A DNA stretch of 61,271 nucleotides, the filler included, from Vannella sp. (lineage: Eukaryota): the NCBI GenBank assembly GCA_023345925.1. It is 9 parts of 9 records of this genome, joined end to end, with 100 filler letters (N's around TTAATTAATTAA, not from the genome) between each part and the next. Parts side by side here need not be neighbours in the genome. Positions count along the whole stretch, not along the records: positions 33,897 to 43,465 come from JAJQQN010000503.1; positions 43,566 to 47,040 come from JAJQQN010000071.1; positions 47,141 to 51,717 come from JAJQQN010000528.1; 6 more parts are not named here. One strand, written 5' to 3'. The translations under genes were made by a program, and so were the position numbers. Of the stretch, positions 40,220 to 51,817 are shown piece after piece. Under the pieces are notes generated by a model, which saw only the letters and a program-made list of their open reading frames with translations, was not told the origin of the DNA and searched no databases. How positions within the stretch are numbered: the stretch's first letter is position 1; every line of letters begins with the position of its first letter.

Positions 40220-40795
40220 CTACAAAGGGGAGGACTGGTGGAGGGAGTATCCGGGATGGTAGCCTGGTGGGATGGAGCAGGGGTCTCGGTAGTCGCTGTA
40301 GGACTCACTTAAAAATGTACACTCGGACTCGGGGTAGTAGGGGAGGGCGGGTTCGGTGTGGGTTAAGGAGTTGTAGTAGCTGATGGAGGGAGTGTAGGAG
40401 CTCATATTGCGAGGACTGCGGGGTGGGGATTGAGAGAGACTTTGTGCTTGGTAAAGAACTCGAGTTTGACGAGGGTCATGCGTGTCGGCAATCTCCACAA
40501 GGCCTGGGTCGACCCACATGCGAATCCCGTTCAGTAGAAAGTGCTCATAAAAGGAGAAACCAGACGCCGCAGCAGCTTCCACCAACAAGTACTCCACATT
40601 ATCCTCCTCAAAGTCGCAACAAATCTCACGGAAAGCTTGTCCTCTCTCAGGAACCGCGGAGAACCAATGCGACAAGTACTTTTCCGAAAGGAAGGAAGCG
40701 AACGTCGCTTTGAACCGCGATAATGACCCCACTCCCAGAGCAGGGTTCATGTTCTCAGCCCAAAAGGAGGCCGCACACTCTACTTCGTACTTCAT
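40220..40795 (-). CDS. BTG/Tob family antiproliferative (deadenylation adaptor) protein
   Basis: MKYEVECAASFW, KYLSHWFSAVPERGQAFREI (box A), MWVDPGLV (box B). Confidence 0.88.
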   Translation of the reverse strand: MKYEVECAASFWAENMNPALGVGSLSRFKATFASFLSEKYLSHWFSAVPERGQAFREICCDFEEDNVEYLLVEAAAASGFSFYEHFLLNGIRMWVDPGLVEIADTHDPRQTRVLYQAQSLSQSPPRSPRNMSSYTPSISYYNSLTHTEPALPYYPESECTFLSESYSDYRDPCSIPPGYHPGYSLHQSSPL

Positions 40796-40834
40796 GGACG
40801 GGGAAGGGAAGAGCGCAAGTAATGAAGAATATTG

Positions 40835-40852
40835 CCGTTGCCATGACAACGG
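40835..40852. promoter_or_regulatory. RFX X-box-like near-palindrome in the divergent BTG/glycosyltransferase spacer
   Basis: CCGTTGCCATGACAACGG; the core GTTGCCATGACAAC is one mismatch from GTTGCCATGGCAAC. Confidence 0.45.
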
Positions 40853-40943
40853 TTCGGAAATCCCATAATTCCGAAATTGGCATTTTTGTTACGAATTTGT
40901 GATTGAATTTGTGTTTGCAGTATTACTTTGATTATTATTTTTG

Positions 40944-43465
40944 ATGGCTTGGGCGAGGGCGGTGTGGTTGCTGTGGGTGGTATGGGTGGTGGGCTTGCAG
41001 GCACGTGTTGAGGACAGTCTTGATGTGGAGACTTCGATGGTGGCACTCGCTGAGTTGGATAATGGGCTGGAGTTGAGACTCCCGGCTGAATGGAGGGTTC
41101 CCACAGCGCGAGCTCGACAGAAGCTCGGTCTTTACCACCGCATCAGTCCTTCTTTCTCTTTTGGTGACCGCTGGGACCCACGTAGCTTTCTTAATGACCC
41201 AAAGAAGTTCAGGACAATGGCTGGAGAAGACCCTTCCCTTCCTGCCGCCTTTCTACATGACCGCCTTCTCGCCCTCTTTGGTAATCAGTCACTTCCCAAT
41301 CCTTCTGAGCTCTCCCCTCCAGAGCTTGATGGACTCTTGGCCTTTCTCATCCTCGAGATGGCTCACACAGAGGAGAATGATCGTCCTCCTTGGTCTGGTG
41401 GGTCTCTCTTTGCCACTGTGAATATCCTGACCAGTCACAGAGCCTTTGTTCTTCAATTTGGATGCCCAAGAACCGTTACAAAGCTTCCCCAGCTGGCAAA
41501 TACCTGACTTTTACACAATCCCAGGGTCTCAACTCGAATGTGAGTCTCTCAAAGTGCCTTTTCGGGTCTCTTTATTCTTATTCATCGCAGGGATGGTAAC
41601 TGGGCTCAATCTGGAGATAGGAGAATCTTTCTCGAAGTGGGCTCCGTTACTGAGGGTTCGTATAAGGCTGTAGTCTTTGCATCTTCTTCTAACCAGCTCT
41701 TTGCGCAGAATCGCACCACTTTCGATGAGTTTGGACGAGCCTATCAATTGGCAAGATACAGGAGCGTTTATATCGGGGACGGAATGGACAGAAGGAGGGT
41801 AATTGTACCAGATCTTTCATGGTACTCTTGGGACAAACCTGACATTATTGGAGCCCATGTTGGTCTTTCCCTCCCTAAGATATCCTATCCCAACGCTATC
41901 TTGACATATAGCAATGCTTCAGAAGATGTCCAGTTAATAACTGTGGCAGTTTTGAATAAGGGAGACCAAATTCTGTTGGACTCTCGTTCCTCCAACGTCA
42001 AAAAAGACCTTTTTGCTATTCCAGATCGGATTGGTCTTTCATCTGATGAGACGAAACTGATTCGGAGGCATACTTACAGGCGCGTTATTACAAGTGAGCT
42101 GGGGGAGCCTCACAAATTCGAGCCTCCAGGAGCCTTTCATTATCCGGACAAGATTGGAGTAGCTTTGCTCATCTCCAGCAAAGTAAATCGTACAAGCGAC
42201 GACTTTGATATTCGCTTTTTGGACACTCTTCTGAGTTCGTTTTTCGTGAGTCTGGCTGAACCGGAGTTTCATGAACCTTTCCACTTTGGTTTCTATCTCG
42301 GATTTGATCGTGGAGATTTATACTACGATAACGATGAGAACATCGAACGGCTTAATGCGCATGTCTTAAGCTTGATTCCTGCTCAGTATTCGTTCCAGAT
42401 ATACTGGGTTTGTACTGGAGACACGCACCATGCCCCAGGCCGCGCGTGGAGTGTACTGGGGAATTTGGCTTACTATGATGGGTAAGATGGGTATGGGATT
42501 CTCATTATCTGCTAGCTAATTGTCTGTAGTTATGAATACCTTTGGCAAGTGAACGACGATGTTAAGATAAGAACGCATGATTGGGTGAGGAAGTTTATCC
42601 AGTCAATTCCAGAAGACAAAATTGGGATGACTGGCCCTCAAGACTGGCAATCTTTATCTCCGACTCTGATAACTCAAGCCTTTGTTCATCGGACCCACAT
42701 GCAGATCTTCGATCCGATGTATCCCTTTGCGTTTCCCAACTGGTACATGGATTTTTGGCTGATGTTCGTTTATGGCCCTGAACGTAGCGGCTTTTGTCCG
42801 GATACTTGGGTTTCCAATTCTCCACATCCTCCACGGTATGGAGTGGACCGAATGGGGTTCCTTATGTTACCCCCAACACTTCAAAAAGGATGTTTAGACA
42901 TCGCAAACTTTCTGAAGGTGAGAATGGACCCGGATTGGGACCAATTCGAGTGTACTTCAACCTATTATAATACCGAAAGGTATTCCTATCACTTGAATAG
43001 TGACATCCCATTCAACATGAATTGGAATTACAATTCTTTCGTTCGATTCCGAAACCAATCCCCCATCCGAGATGAAAGCGTGGCTCTTGTCCGAACTGCT
43101 TCCGGAAACGATTTTGACTCTGTCTGGGAATGGGTTCAAGTTGCTACTACCTTAAAGCGCCGCTTTGTCCTATTGGCTTTAGACGATGACGCCGCAGCGC
43201 AGCTCCTGGAATCCAATCTTCCTTTCTTCTATGAACCCGAAAATCAAGAGTATGTCAGACCAGTTCCAGCCACATGTCGAGAAGGAGGCAAAAGGGCCAT
43301 TGCAATGCTTCAACGAGCACTAAGTTTTGGAATGCCTCTTCTTTACGTCGAACAGCCAGAAGATCTCTATCGTACTGACTTTGTGTTGAAAGGGGAATAT
43401 GATATGGTACTCATTTCCTCTTGTCCATCCACATCCGGTAACTGTCTGAAAGTCAAGACTGACGC
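40944..43465 (+). CDS. Secretory-pathway multi-domain glycosyltransferase-like protein (3'-truncated; 5' exon structure uncertain)
   Basis: Signal peptide, GT-A-like block FYLGFDRGDLYYD...AYYDG|YEYLWQVNDD...TQAFVHRTHMQIF...FPNWYMDFWL, then FVLLALDDDAA resembling a nucleotide-diphospho-sugar transferase domain. Confidence 0.65.
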
Positions 43466-43565
43466 NNNNNNNNNNNNNNNNNNNNNNNNNNNNNNNNNNN
43501 NNNNNNNNNTTAATTAATTAANNNNNNNNNNNNNNNNNNNNNNNNNNNNNNNNNNNNNNNNNNNN
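43466..43565. other. Artificial contig linker 5
   Basis: Same spacer. Confidence 0.99.
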
Positions 43566-43629
43566 GAATAAGGTGAAATGCCCTCTTGAGGCCAGCGGAG
43601 ACATTTTTTGGTCATCCCTTCACTTGGTG

Positions 43630-45300
43630 ATGGGATGCTTGTGGAGCGGCGATATGGCTCCTATGCAAGGCAGCGGGTTGCCCAGTTCGAATCCAAAGCT
43701 GGATATGTTTGGTTCGTGGCGTCGCGGACGGAGGAAGTCATCCTCTGCTGTGGCAGACACCAAGCTGAGCCGCTTCTTTGAGGTGGGCGAGGAGGGCTTT
43801 GTCCTGTCTCCAGAGAACGAAGAGAACGAAGAAGAGATGTCATCAACACGAGAAACCACCAAAGTGACCCTGGGACGCGATCCTCAGGGCAATAAGATAG
43901 TGAACCAATACGCCCTCATCAAGAGTCTTGGCGTTGGCTCGTACGGGAAGGTGAAGCTTTGCGTCGACCTCGTGGATGAGAAGTTCTTTGCCATCAAAGT
44001 GTGCCACAAAGGAGTACTGCGAAGGAGACGCATTGGAATGTCCACTGCCCTTCAAGATGTTGTGCGTGAAATCGCCATTATGAAGAAGTTGGACCACCCA
44101 AACGTCCTTCACCTTCACGAGATCATCAATGACAGTGATCATGAGCGCTTATATATGGGTGAGTCCCTCTCTGAGCCCTCTCATGCACTACTATCGGTCT
44201 AATGCTGTTTGAATAGTTCTAGAGTACATGCCAGGTGGACCGGTATGTCAGACCGGAGAGGCTCTTGAAGAGGAAGCAGCTCGGCGATACTTTTCTGATC
44301 TAATCACAGGCCTTGACTATCGTAAGAGGCTCGAACAATGACCGTGGCCGCTGCTGACGAAGGAACAGTACATAAGCAGAGAATCATTCACCGGGACATC
44401 AAACCAGAGAACCTCCTTGTCTCAGATAATGGAACTGTGAAGATATCCGACTTTGGAGTGTCTCACATTTTCAATGGCGAAGACGACACTCTTTCAAGCA
44501 GTGCCGGAAGTCCTGCATTTTTGGCTCCAGAGCTTTGTACAGAGGGCGCTACTGCATCAGGGAGAGCAGTGGACGTTTGGGCTGCTGGAATCACATTGTA
44601 CTCAATGTTAGTTGGGCATGTTCCATTCATGGGAGGGAATGTGGTGGAGATCTACGCTTCCATCCGAAACCAAGATCTGGTTATTCCTCCCCACGTTAGC
44701 CCTGAACCAAGGCAACTCCTTCAGAGACTTCTTCACCGAAACCCCAAGAAGAGAATTACCATTTCTCAGGTCATGGAGCACCCTTGGGTTCGGCATTGCA
44801 TTGGAAGAGCGTTTACTGCTCATGGCAGCGGGAATGCTCCCGTTGACTCAGCAGGTCTTACAAGCGAAGATATTCAAAACACAATCAGCAATAGTTTCTT
44901 GGCGCTGCATAAGTTGAGGAAACGGATGAAGAACCTTTCTGACCAAGCACAGCTTCGAAAGTCGAGAAGTGGATCACCTGTGACCTCTTATGAGTCAAGC
45001 TTATCCGATTTCTCGTCTGAAACCATATCACAGTCGTTCACTTCCTTCGATGATCTCTCTGTTTTGCAATTGAGTGACAGCCCATTTCAAGAATCCACAC
45101 TAAGTGATACAATTGCCACTCGAGAGACCACCATTAGCGAGGATGTCCTGGAAAGCGTGACTATTGTTGAAAGTAACAACTCTTTGCCCACCGGACAATC
45201 GCAGACGCTCCTTGCAAAGAAGAAAGAGCCTAACGAGGTTTCCTGCCTTTCTCACTCCAGTACGGATGAAGATCTTACGGATGATGTATTTAGCGACTGA
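43630..45300 (+). CDS. CAMKK/SAK1/GRIK-type kinase, likely N-acylated (MGCLWS)
   Basis: VNQY...GVGSYGKVKL, REIAIMKKLDHPNV, IIHRDIKPENLL, DFGVS, AGSPAFLAPE. Start chosen for the MGxxxS motif; later in-frame ATGs exist. Confidence 0.85.
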
Positions 45301-45353
45301 ATGATCAGTTTGCGCGTATTTAAAGTCTTTTGACGGTTGGGCCCTCCAGTTTA

Positions 45354-47040
45354 TCATGATTGTGGTGCTGGTTCTAGTAAAAGGGACATACATCGCTGCT
45401 CCTCCTCAGTGAAAGAAGGAGTCGCCAGCAAGCAAGCTTGAAGAGCGGGTAAAGGAGTGAGGCCATAAGTTCCTTTCTTGCATCCTTCTAAAACGAAAAG
45501 GACACTTGAAGTCAATTCCAACTTTGGTACGCTCACTAAATGGGTGCCCTCATAGTAGTCTGGATGAGCGTCCTCAATAAACACCAGATCTGTCAAATAG
45601 ATTCCTGCACGAGACCCTCAGTGAGTGGAGATAGAGTTGGACTGGTTCACTCACCAATGTAGGGGACTCCTGGAGGTTTGGAGGTTCTCACCATTCGTCG
45701 GTAGACTGCAAAGTTATTCTCATTGTTCATGAGAGCGTTAAGATCATCCCAGATATCCCAAGAACGGTCGGGAAGTAACTGGTGAGGTTAGAGCTTTGCT
45801 TAAAACCACTACGAGAACTCACATTCCAGGTTTGCATCAATCGATAGATTGGTGTACTCTGAAGACCTGCAAGGATGGCCATCACAGCGTTATAATTGCG
45901 AAGAGCGCGTGACTCTTCCGCAATGATAATGAATCGATGAAGGAGCACCGCTCGTTGTTTGAGAGATTGTTCTTTCAAAATCTCACTTGCCACCCAATTG
46001 GAGATGGAATTGAATTGTGCAATCATCCGCAGAATATTTGGCGCGTTCTTTTCCTTATGATCTCCGCACCAGTTCTGCTGGTTAAACTCTTGAGGAGCAA
46101 TGGAGCAGAAGATGTCAAACTCCACCAGGGCTAATTGGCGCGCAATCTCGGTAGGATTTGTACTCTTTAAGGAGAGCTTACACTTGTTTTTCTACATTCA
46201 AGTGTGAGACCAGTGCCTACACCCAATGCTGATGTGTCTTACACTTTTGGGAATGAATGGTTTTGGTGCTTTTCGTTTTGATGTGAAGTTTGACCACTGG
46301 TTATCCTTGGAAAGCTGTGTCGGACAGAGTTAGACTCTTGCTGAAGGCAAAAAGGAGAAGTTGAACTCACTCTGGAGCCTAGCATTCGCATAAAAATGGC
46401 TTTAAGTACTGGAGTAGTGTCCAAGAAGTAAACAAAGTGCGAAAGCATATAAATCATGTGTTCGTCTTCCTGAAAGTCATAAGGGAAGCAGAGATCCACC
46501 CAATTACAGAGGAACTGCATTACTTTCTCTTGCATTGCTTTGCTCTTTGCTACCCAGTTGTCCCAGTCCGTTTGCTCGGCTGGCCTTCCAAAGGCGCGGT
46601 AAACTAACATTTCCATGAGTTGTGCGGGTTGCAAGAGGGAGCGATAGGATAGGAGGAAAATTGAGATCAAGTGGGCGTCCGGTGGTGCGTTGTAGTCCAA
46701 GAGGTGTTGCATAAGCTTGAGTAACGTACAGAATTCTATCGAACGATTCTGGATAGCTTTCGGCTTCACTTTCAGGGTGCCACTTTGTGCATCCAATTGA
46801 AAGTCTCTCAGCACGTTTCCATCAGAGCTGGCTTCAGAGCCCAGTAGTGGACGGTGACTCATTCGAGTTAAGGCGGACTCGTGGTAGCTAGGATCTACAG
46901 CAGATGCAGAACGGTTTAAAGTCGACGCCATGCGGATCGAGCATCTGCAACCTGAAGAACTGGGTATCGGGTCGGGGATGTCACAATATGGCTGGCGACT
47001 TGGCGCTTTTTTTGCAGGTTCAATCGCGCTTGCTGTCGGC
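45354..47040 (-). CDS. RasGEF (REM + CDC25 domain), 5'-truncated
   Basis: IFLLSYRSLL REM region, then EIARQLAL, APNILRMIAQFNSISNWV, LRNYNAVMAILAGL, VPYIG|IYLTDLVFIED. Frame is open to the contig edge. Confidence 0.9.
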
Positions 47041-47140
47041 NNNNNNNNNNNNNNNNNNNNNNNNNNNNNNNNNNNNNNNNNNNNTTAATTAATTAANNNN
47101 NNNNNNNNNNNNNNNNNNNNNNNNNNNNNNNNNNNNNNNN
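47041..47140. other. Artificial contig linker 6
   Basis: Same spacer. Confidence 0.99.
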
Positions 47141-47823
47141 GGCATTTTGAAAGAGGGGCTGATGTTTCGTTCGCTTGCCCCTGGGAGCTCCCATCATAAC
47201 GAGCTCTTCGTCGTTTTCAAGAACTGAAAACAAAAAGGAGAGACTGACTTACTCACTTTTGGGATGTTTTTGGAGTAAACACTTCTCACCCAAGTTTTCG
47301 TGGAAAAGAGCCCGCTACAAGTATTAGTTAATGATCATTAACTCATACTTGTCGTTTAGATCCTGAGGAAGCATCCCCATAAGGTGAGTCTCAGAGTTCT
47401 TCTCCTTCCCCATTCATTCTTCAAGAGAGACGCATCAACAAGGAGGAGAGAGGCTGATGGATCATTCTCGAAGGTACTAAATCATCCCCATAACGGCAAG
47501 TTCATAACCTTTTCCTTCTCTCCTGAGAGGGAGAGGCCCATCACAAGGGAGGGAGAAAGAGAGGATGGTGTTGAGCAGATGGCACAAAAGACGATCATTT
47601 GCCATCTTAAACAACACCTGATAGATGTCTAGCTTACACTCACTTACTTCTAAAAGCATTCCAAAGGAGAGAGAGAGTGAGTGGGTCCTCTTCTTCTGAG
47701 GTTCGATGTTAAGCATGCTGAGCATCTGGATGTTCAAGAAAGCTCCCCGCTCTCACCAACGCTCTATTCAATGCAATGGGCATGAAATGGGTTGCAAGCG
47801 CGAGCGGGAGAAAGTCCATTTGG

Positions 47824-50494
47824 ATGGGGGACAGCGACCAGGAGCCGCTCTGGGACTTGGGCACTGCTAATACGGGGTTGCTGGTTAGTTTGAGGGCTAC
47901 AGAGTGGGAACAGGACTTAGTGTTTGTTGTAGGACTTCTTAGAGGAGGATCCAGTGAATGCTGCTGCTTCATTTGGTGCCTGGTTAGAGTTGGACTCTGT
48001 TTCTGCTGCAAACTCGTTCGATAGCTCGTTGCTAGGAGGAGAAGACAGTCCAATCGTTTCACAAGAGATTTCTCCATTCTTTAATAGGGCCAAAGACCAG
48101 ATCAATAGCTCTTGCAGGGAGATTTCCCAATCGCCCCTCTTCCGAGAACGCCATTTCGTCCTCAGTCGAGACTCAATGGAAGATGTGGCCCCCTACTATG
48201 AACAGGCTGCCTTTAGATCTCTTCAGGATCAGATCAATGAGGTGATGACTCGCCCCACAGCCTCCAGCCAAGCCATGAGCGAGGAACTTTGCCCTTTGCT
48301 CCTCGCCCAGAACGCCCACCTTCAGAGTCTACTCAGGAAACAGGAGGATAAGCGAACAGCTACTCCTAGCGAGCATGATAAGCACTTAGACTTTGCTGCG
48401 GAGGGCATAAGGGAGCAGTCACACGTTTTGGCGCATCTCCAAGAGGCAAATGAGAAGCTCCTGCTCCGAGAGGACCTTCTAAAGAGACGCCTTTGTAGTC
48501 TTATGGAAGAGTTTACTCCAGAGCGACGCTTGCGCGCAACGGATTCAAGCGAGAGTGAGCCAGGAAAGGAAGATTCTGCAGTCACCCCCCAAGATGGCTC
48601 GAGTATGGAGCTGTTGGAAGAGCTAGTCTCTCGCTGCCGGACTCAACTGATCATTAAGGAAGCAGCTGTTTGTCGCTCAAGGCCCCAGACTCTCCAACAA
48701 CCGAGCAAAGACACAAACTCTTATTCTGAGGAGGAATTGGGTGAAGAGGATCTATTTGCAGAGGACTGGGAAACAGATGAACACAGGGAAACCCACTTTT
48801 TAGAGCAATATCAGGAGAGAATGCTCTCTTGGCTGGAAGAGAACGCATTCCAAAGCAAAAAGCTCCAAAGCGTCTCGGAAGTGAATCAGGAACTCTCCCG
48901 CAATATGACCGGCCTCCTTCGTGAATGGAATGGTTCCTTTTCAAATGGGACGCCTTTCCAACCAGCTGTGGCAGAGCTTAATGACCTGAGTAACCGTTGC
49001 TTACGAATTGAACAGCAATTGGGTGAATTGATTCATGGTACCGGCTCATACGAATGGTGCGGACTTACGGCTCGCCTACTTGAGTCTCAGCACCAAGACA
49101 GCGAGGCGCAGACAGACCGGATTCAATATCTTCTTCTCGAAAATGCGAGTTTAATTGCTCAATCTACGCGCCTCTCTGAGGAAGTGAACCAACAACTTCG
49201 GGTCATTGACTCACTGCAACGGCAGAAACCTGCTGCTTTAGCAAAGAAACGTGCGCCCTCTGATTCTGAGCCACAAATACCAAGCGAAAGCTTGGGTAAT
49301 GGGCTGATGGAGAGGATTAGGAGGGTTCACGGGGACTCGGCCTTGCTCCTATCGGAAGCAGATTTAACTTTTAGTCAGACGCCTCCGACCAAACGCCTTT
49401 TCCTCCGCCCTTCTCGGCTCGATACAAGTGATGAAGAACAAGAGGAATTGAAAGAAGATGATGGCGACGCTCAAGGAGAATGGTATCAACGCGAGATTGA
49501 GAAGCAGCATCAAGAAAAAGAGAAAGAGGACCTTTTATCCCAACTGAACGATGCTTTGCAACAATGCCAATACCTCCAAGAGACTCTTGATTCTGTTCAA
49601 TCTCGCTGTTCTTGTACGCCTCTTGACTCGTCTGGAGTTATTTCAGCCAGTCAGCCCTCTAGCATTCTATCAGAGTATCAGCAAGAAGTCAGCACTCTAA
49701 CTTCCATTACAGAGACTCTGACAAGTTCCAAAGATGCACTTTCAGAGGAGAACCAAAAGCTTCAAACTGCCCTAATTGCTGCCGAAGGGGAGCTAAAATC
49801 CACTCAAACTCAACTAGAGCGCAATAAGAAGGCTCTTCAGCAACTGACAAAGCGGATCGCACAAGAAAAAGTCCAAGGAAACCCTGAACTTCTCACCCAG
49901 AAACAAAAAGTGATTGAGCAGCTGACTTCTCAAAGAGACGATCTTCTCCGAGAACTGAAAACAACTCAAAATCACCTTCTTCTGGCCCAGGAAGAACAGG
50001 AGCGCTTGGCTGCGCACGTGAACTTCCTTGATGGTCACAGAGGTAGACTTGACATCTCCTCCCCCTCACCTTCAAGTGCTTCGTCACCTCAAATTCTTAC
50101 CGAAGTTTTGCAAGAACTGGACCGAGAAGAAGCTCTTGCAGATGCAGCTACACTTCGCGAGCGCCTTGCAGAAACTCTTCAACAGAACCGACTCCTTCTC
50201 GAACAACACCGAGAAGTACATGACCTGCCAACTGAAGAAGGGGATAATCAGCAGTTGATGGGAGAACTCCTTGAGATTCTCGCCGCTCACGGTGAACGAA
50301 TTGTACTTCTTCAAGAGTCAATCGACTCCCTCCAAGCACTCCTCCAACATCTAAGCGAAGAAGAGCATTCGAGCCAAGGACTCTCTGTTACCTCCCAGAA
50401 GTGTGTCACACTTTTAGAGAAAGTTCAAGAATTGATTCCTTCGTATTTGGTGGAGTTTTCTCGCCTTCTCCAGCAGCTCTCTTCGCTGTCCTAA
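47824..50494 (+). CDS. Large coiled-coil protein of unknown family
   Basis: 846-aa E/Q/L-rich ORF. A short first exon MGDSDQEPLWDL... splices in frame via GTTAGT...TTGTAG. Confidence 0.75.
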
Positions 50495-50534
50495 ACACAG
50501 TAATGAAGTAAACATTTGTTTTATCAGTAAATCG

Positions 50535-51486
50535 TTAACTGGGACGAAGGAAGCGCGGGATGGGGATCGAGAAGTGCTCTTCCGAGTCCTCTTGATCGCT
50601 CACCCCTTCAACCTCGTCCATTGACGCATTCATTGGTGTGGGACACTCTTCGTCCTCTTTTAGGTATTCTGGGCTGACTTCCTGCTCTTCCAGTGATTGA
50701 TCCTCTTCCAATTCATTGGACACCTCCTCGTCTTCATCACTTGATCCGCCAGCATCAAAAGTGGGTTCCTGTGGGGAATGAAGGAAATGGGGAAGTATTG
50801 GAGAGACCTCTTCGCCTATTTCCTTCGAGCACTCCTTCTCCCTTTCCTTTTTCTTCTTCGTTGGAGCCTTTTGGTGTGTCAAAGTGCACCGCACTCGATT
50901 GCAAGTCCCATTCGCGGCATATTGTGGGCACTCACGGGTGTGTTTGAGCTTACACGCGGTTCCCAAAGGGCAGAATCCTTTTAGAAACGAAGTACAAACC
51001 CTTGCTGTGGAGTTAACATTCACATGGGCGTAAGGGCACTGCCAAATCCTGCTAAGTGCTCGCATGTCCAACTGACAGAGGAGCGTCTGACCTTATCGTT
51101 TGTGCACATTCCTCGGAGGAAATAAGAACAAACAGGCAATTGGGCGCCAGTAGGAGCGTGTCGGAAGCGGCAGTGTTGTTTGTGACAAGCCCCTTTGAGG
51201 AATTGAGTGCAAATCTTCACGTTTGCAGGGTCATGCTGGAAGCGACAACGAAGATTCACGCATACTCCTGAATGGTTCGTCAATCAACCGAACTCAAGTG
51301 GAGAGGAAGGGTACCCGTGCGAGCAAATGTTGAACAATGAGTGCGCGATGAAAGTGCTTTCCTCCGATGCAGAGGGAGAAGTCGCCTATGCTTAACGATG
51401 GCCATTTCCTGAATCCCCTGCCTCCGATTAATCCATCCTGAAAGCTTACCGATCTCCTCCAACAGAAAGGACTCCCGCTCAGACAT
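50535..51486 (-). CDS. ZC3H3: ZC3H3-like protein with five CCCH zinc fingers and acidic tail
   Basis: N-terminal MSERESFLLEEIGKLSGWIN helix. Fingers include CTQFLKGACHKQHCRFRH, CSYFLRGMCTNDK|CPYAH, CTSFLKGFCPLGTACKLKH. Confidence 0.75.
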
Positions 51487-51632
51487 AACCCAAGAAAATG
51501 ATGAAGAAAAACCAAAACATATCCCACGTTTCCAACGTCCTAAAACCCCGAAAAAAACGAAATTTAACAATCAAATAGCAAATGAAGTTGCTTTTTGTTT
51601 TGATTCTGATACCCAAATTTCTATATATAGAA

Positions 51633-51713
51633 GATGACGTAGCGAAGTGGTCAAACGCGCCACGTTAAGGCCGTGGTCCTCCGGGTTCGTGGGTTCGAGT
51701 CCCACCGTCATCA
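51633..51713 (+). tRNA. tRNA-Leu(AAG)
   Basis: Acceptor GATGACG/CGTCATC + A, A-box TAGCGAAGTGG, anticodon arm CCACG-TTAAGGC-CGTGG, long variable arm, GGTTCGAGTCC, followed by TTTT. Confidence 0.95.
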
Positions 51714-51717
51714 TTTT

Positions 51718-51817
51718 NNNNNNNNNNNNNNNNNNNNNNNNNNNNNNNNNNNNNNNNNNNNTTAATTAATTAANNNNNNNNNNNNNNNNNNNNNNNNNNN
51801 NNNNNNNNNNNNNNNNN
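51718..51817. other. Artificial contig linker 7
   Basis: Same spacer. Confidence 0.99.

Noticed and set aside
47141..47800. Possible multi-exon gene at contig start
   Set aside because: Splice-like signals occur on both strands, but I could not build a consistent frame or recognise a domain.
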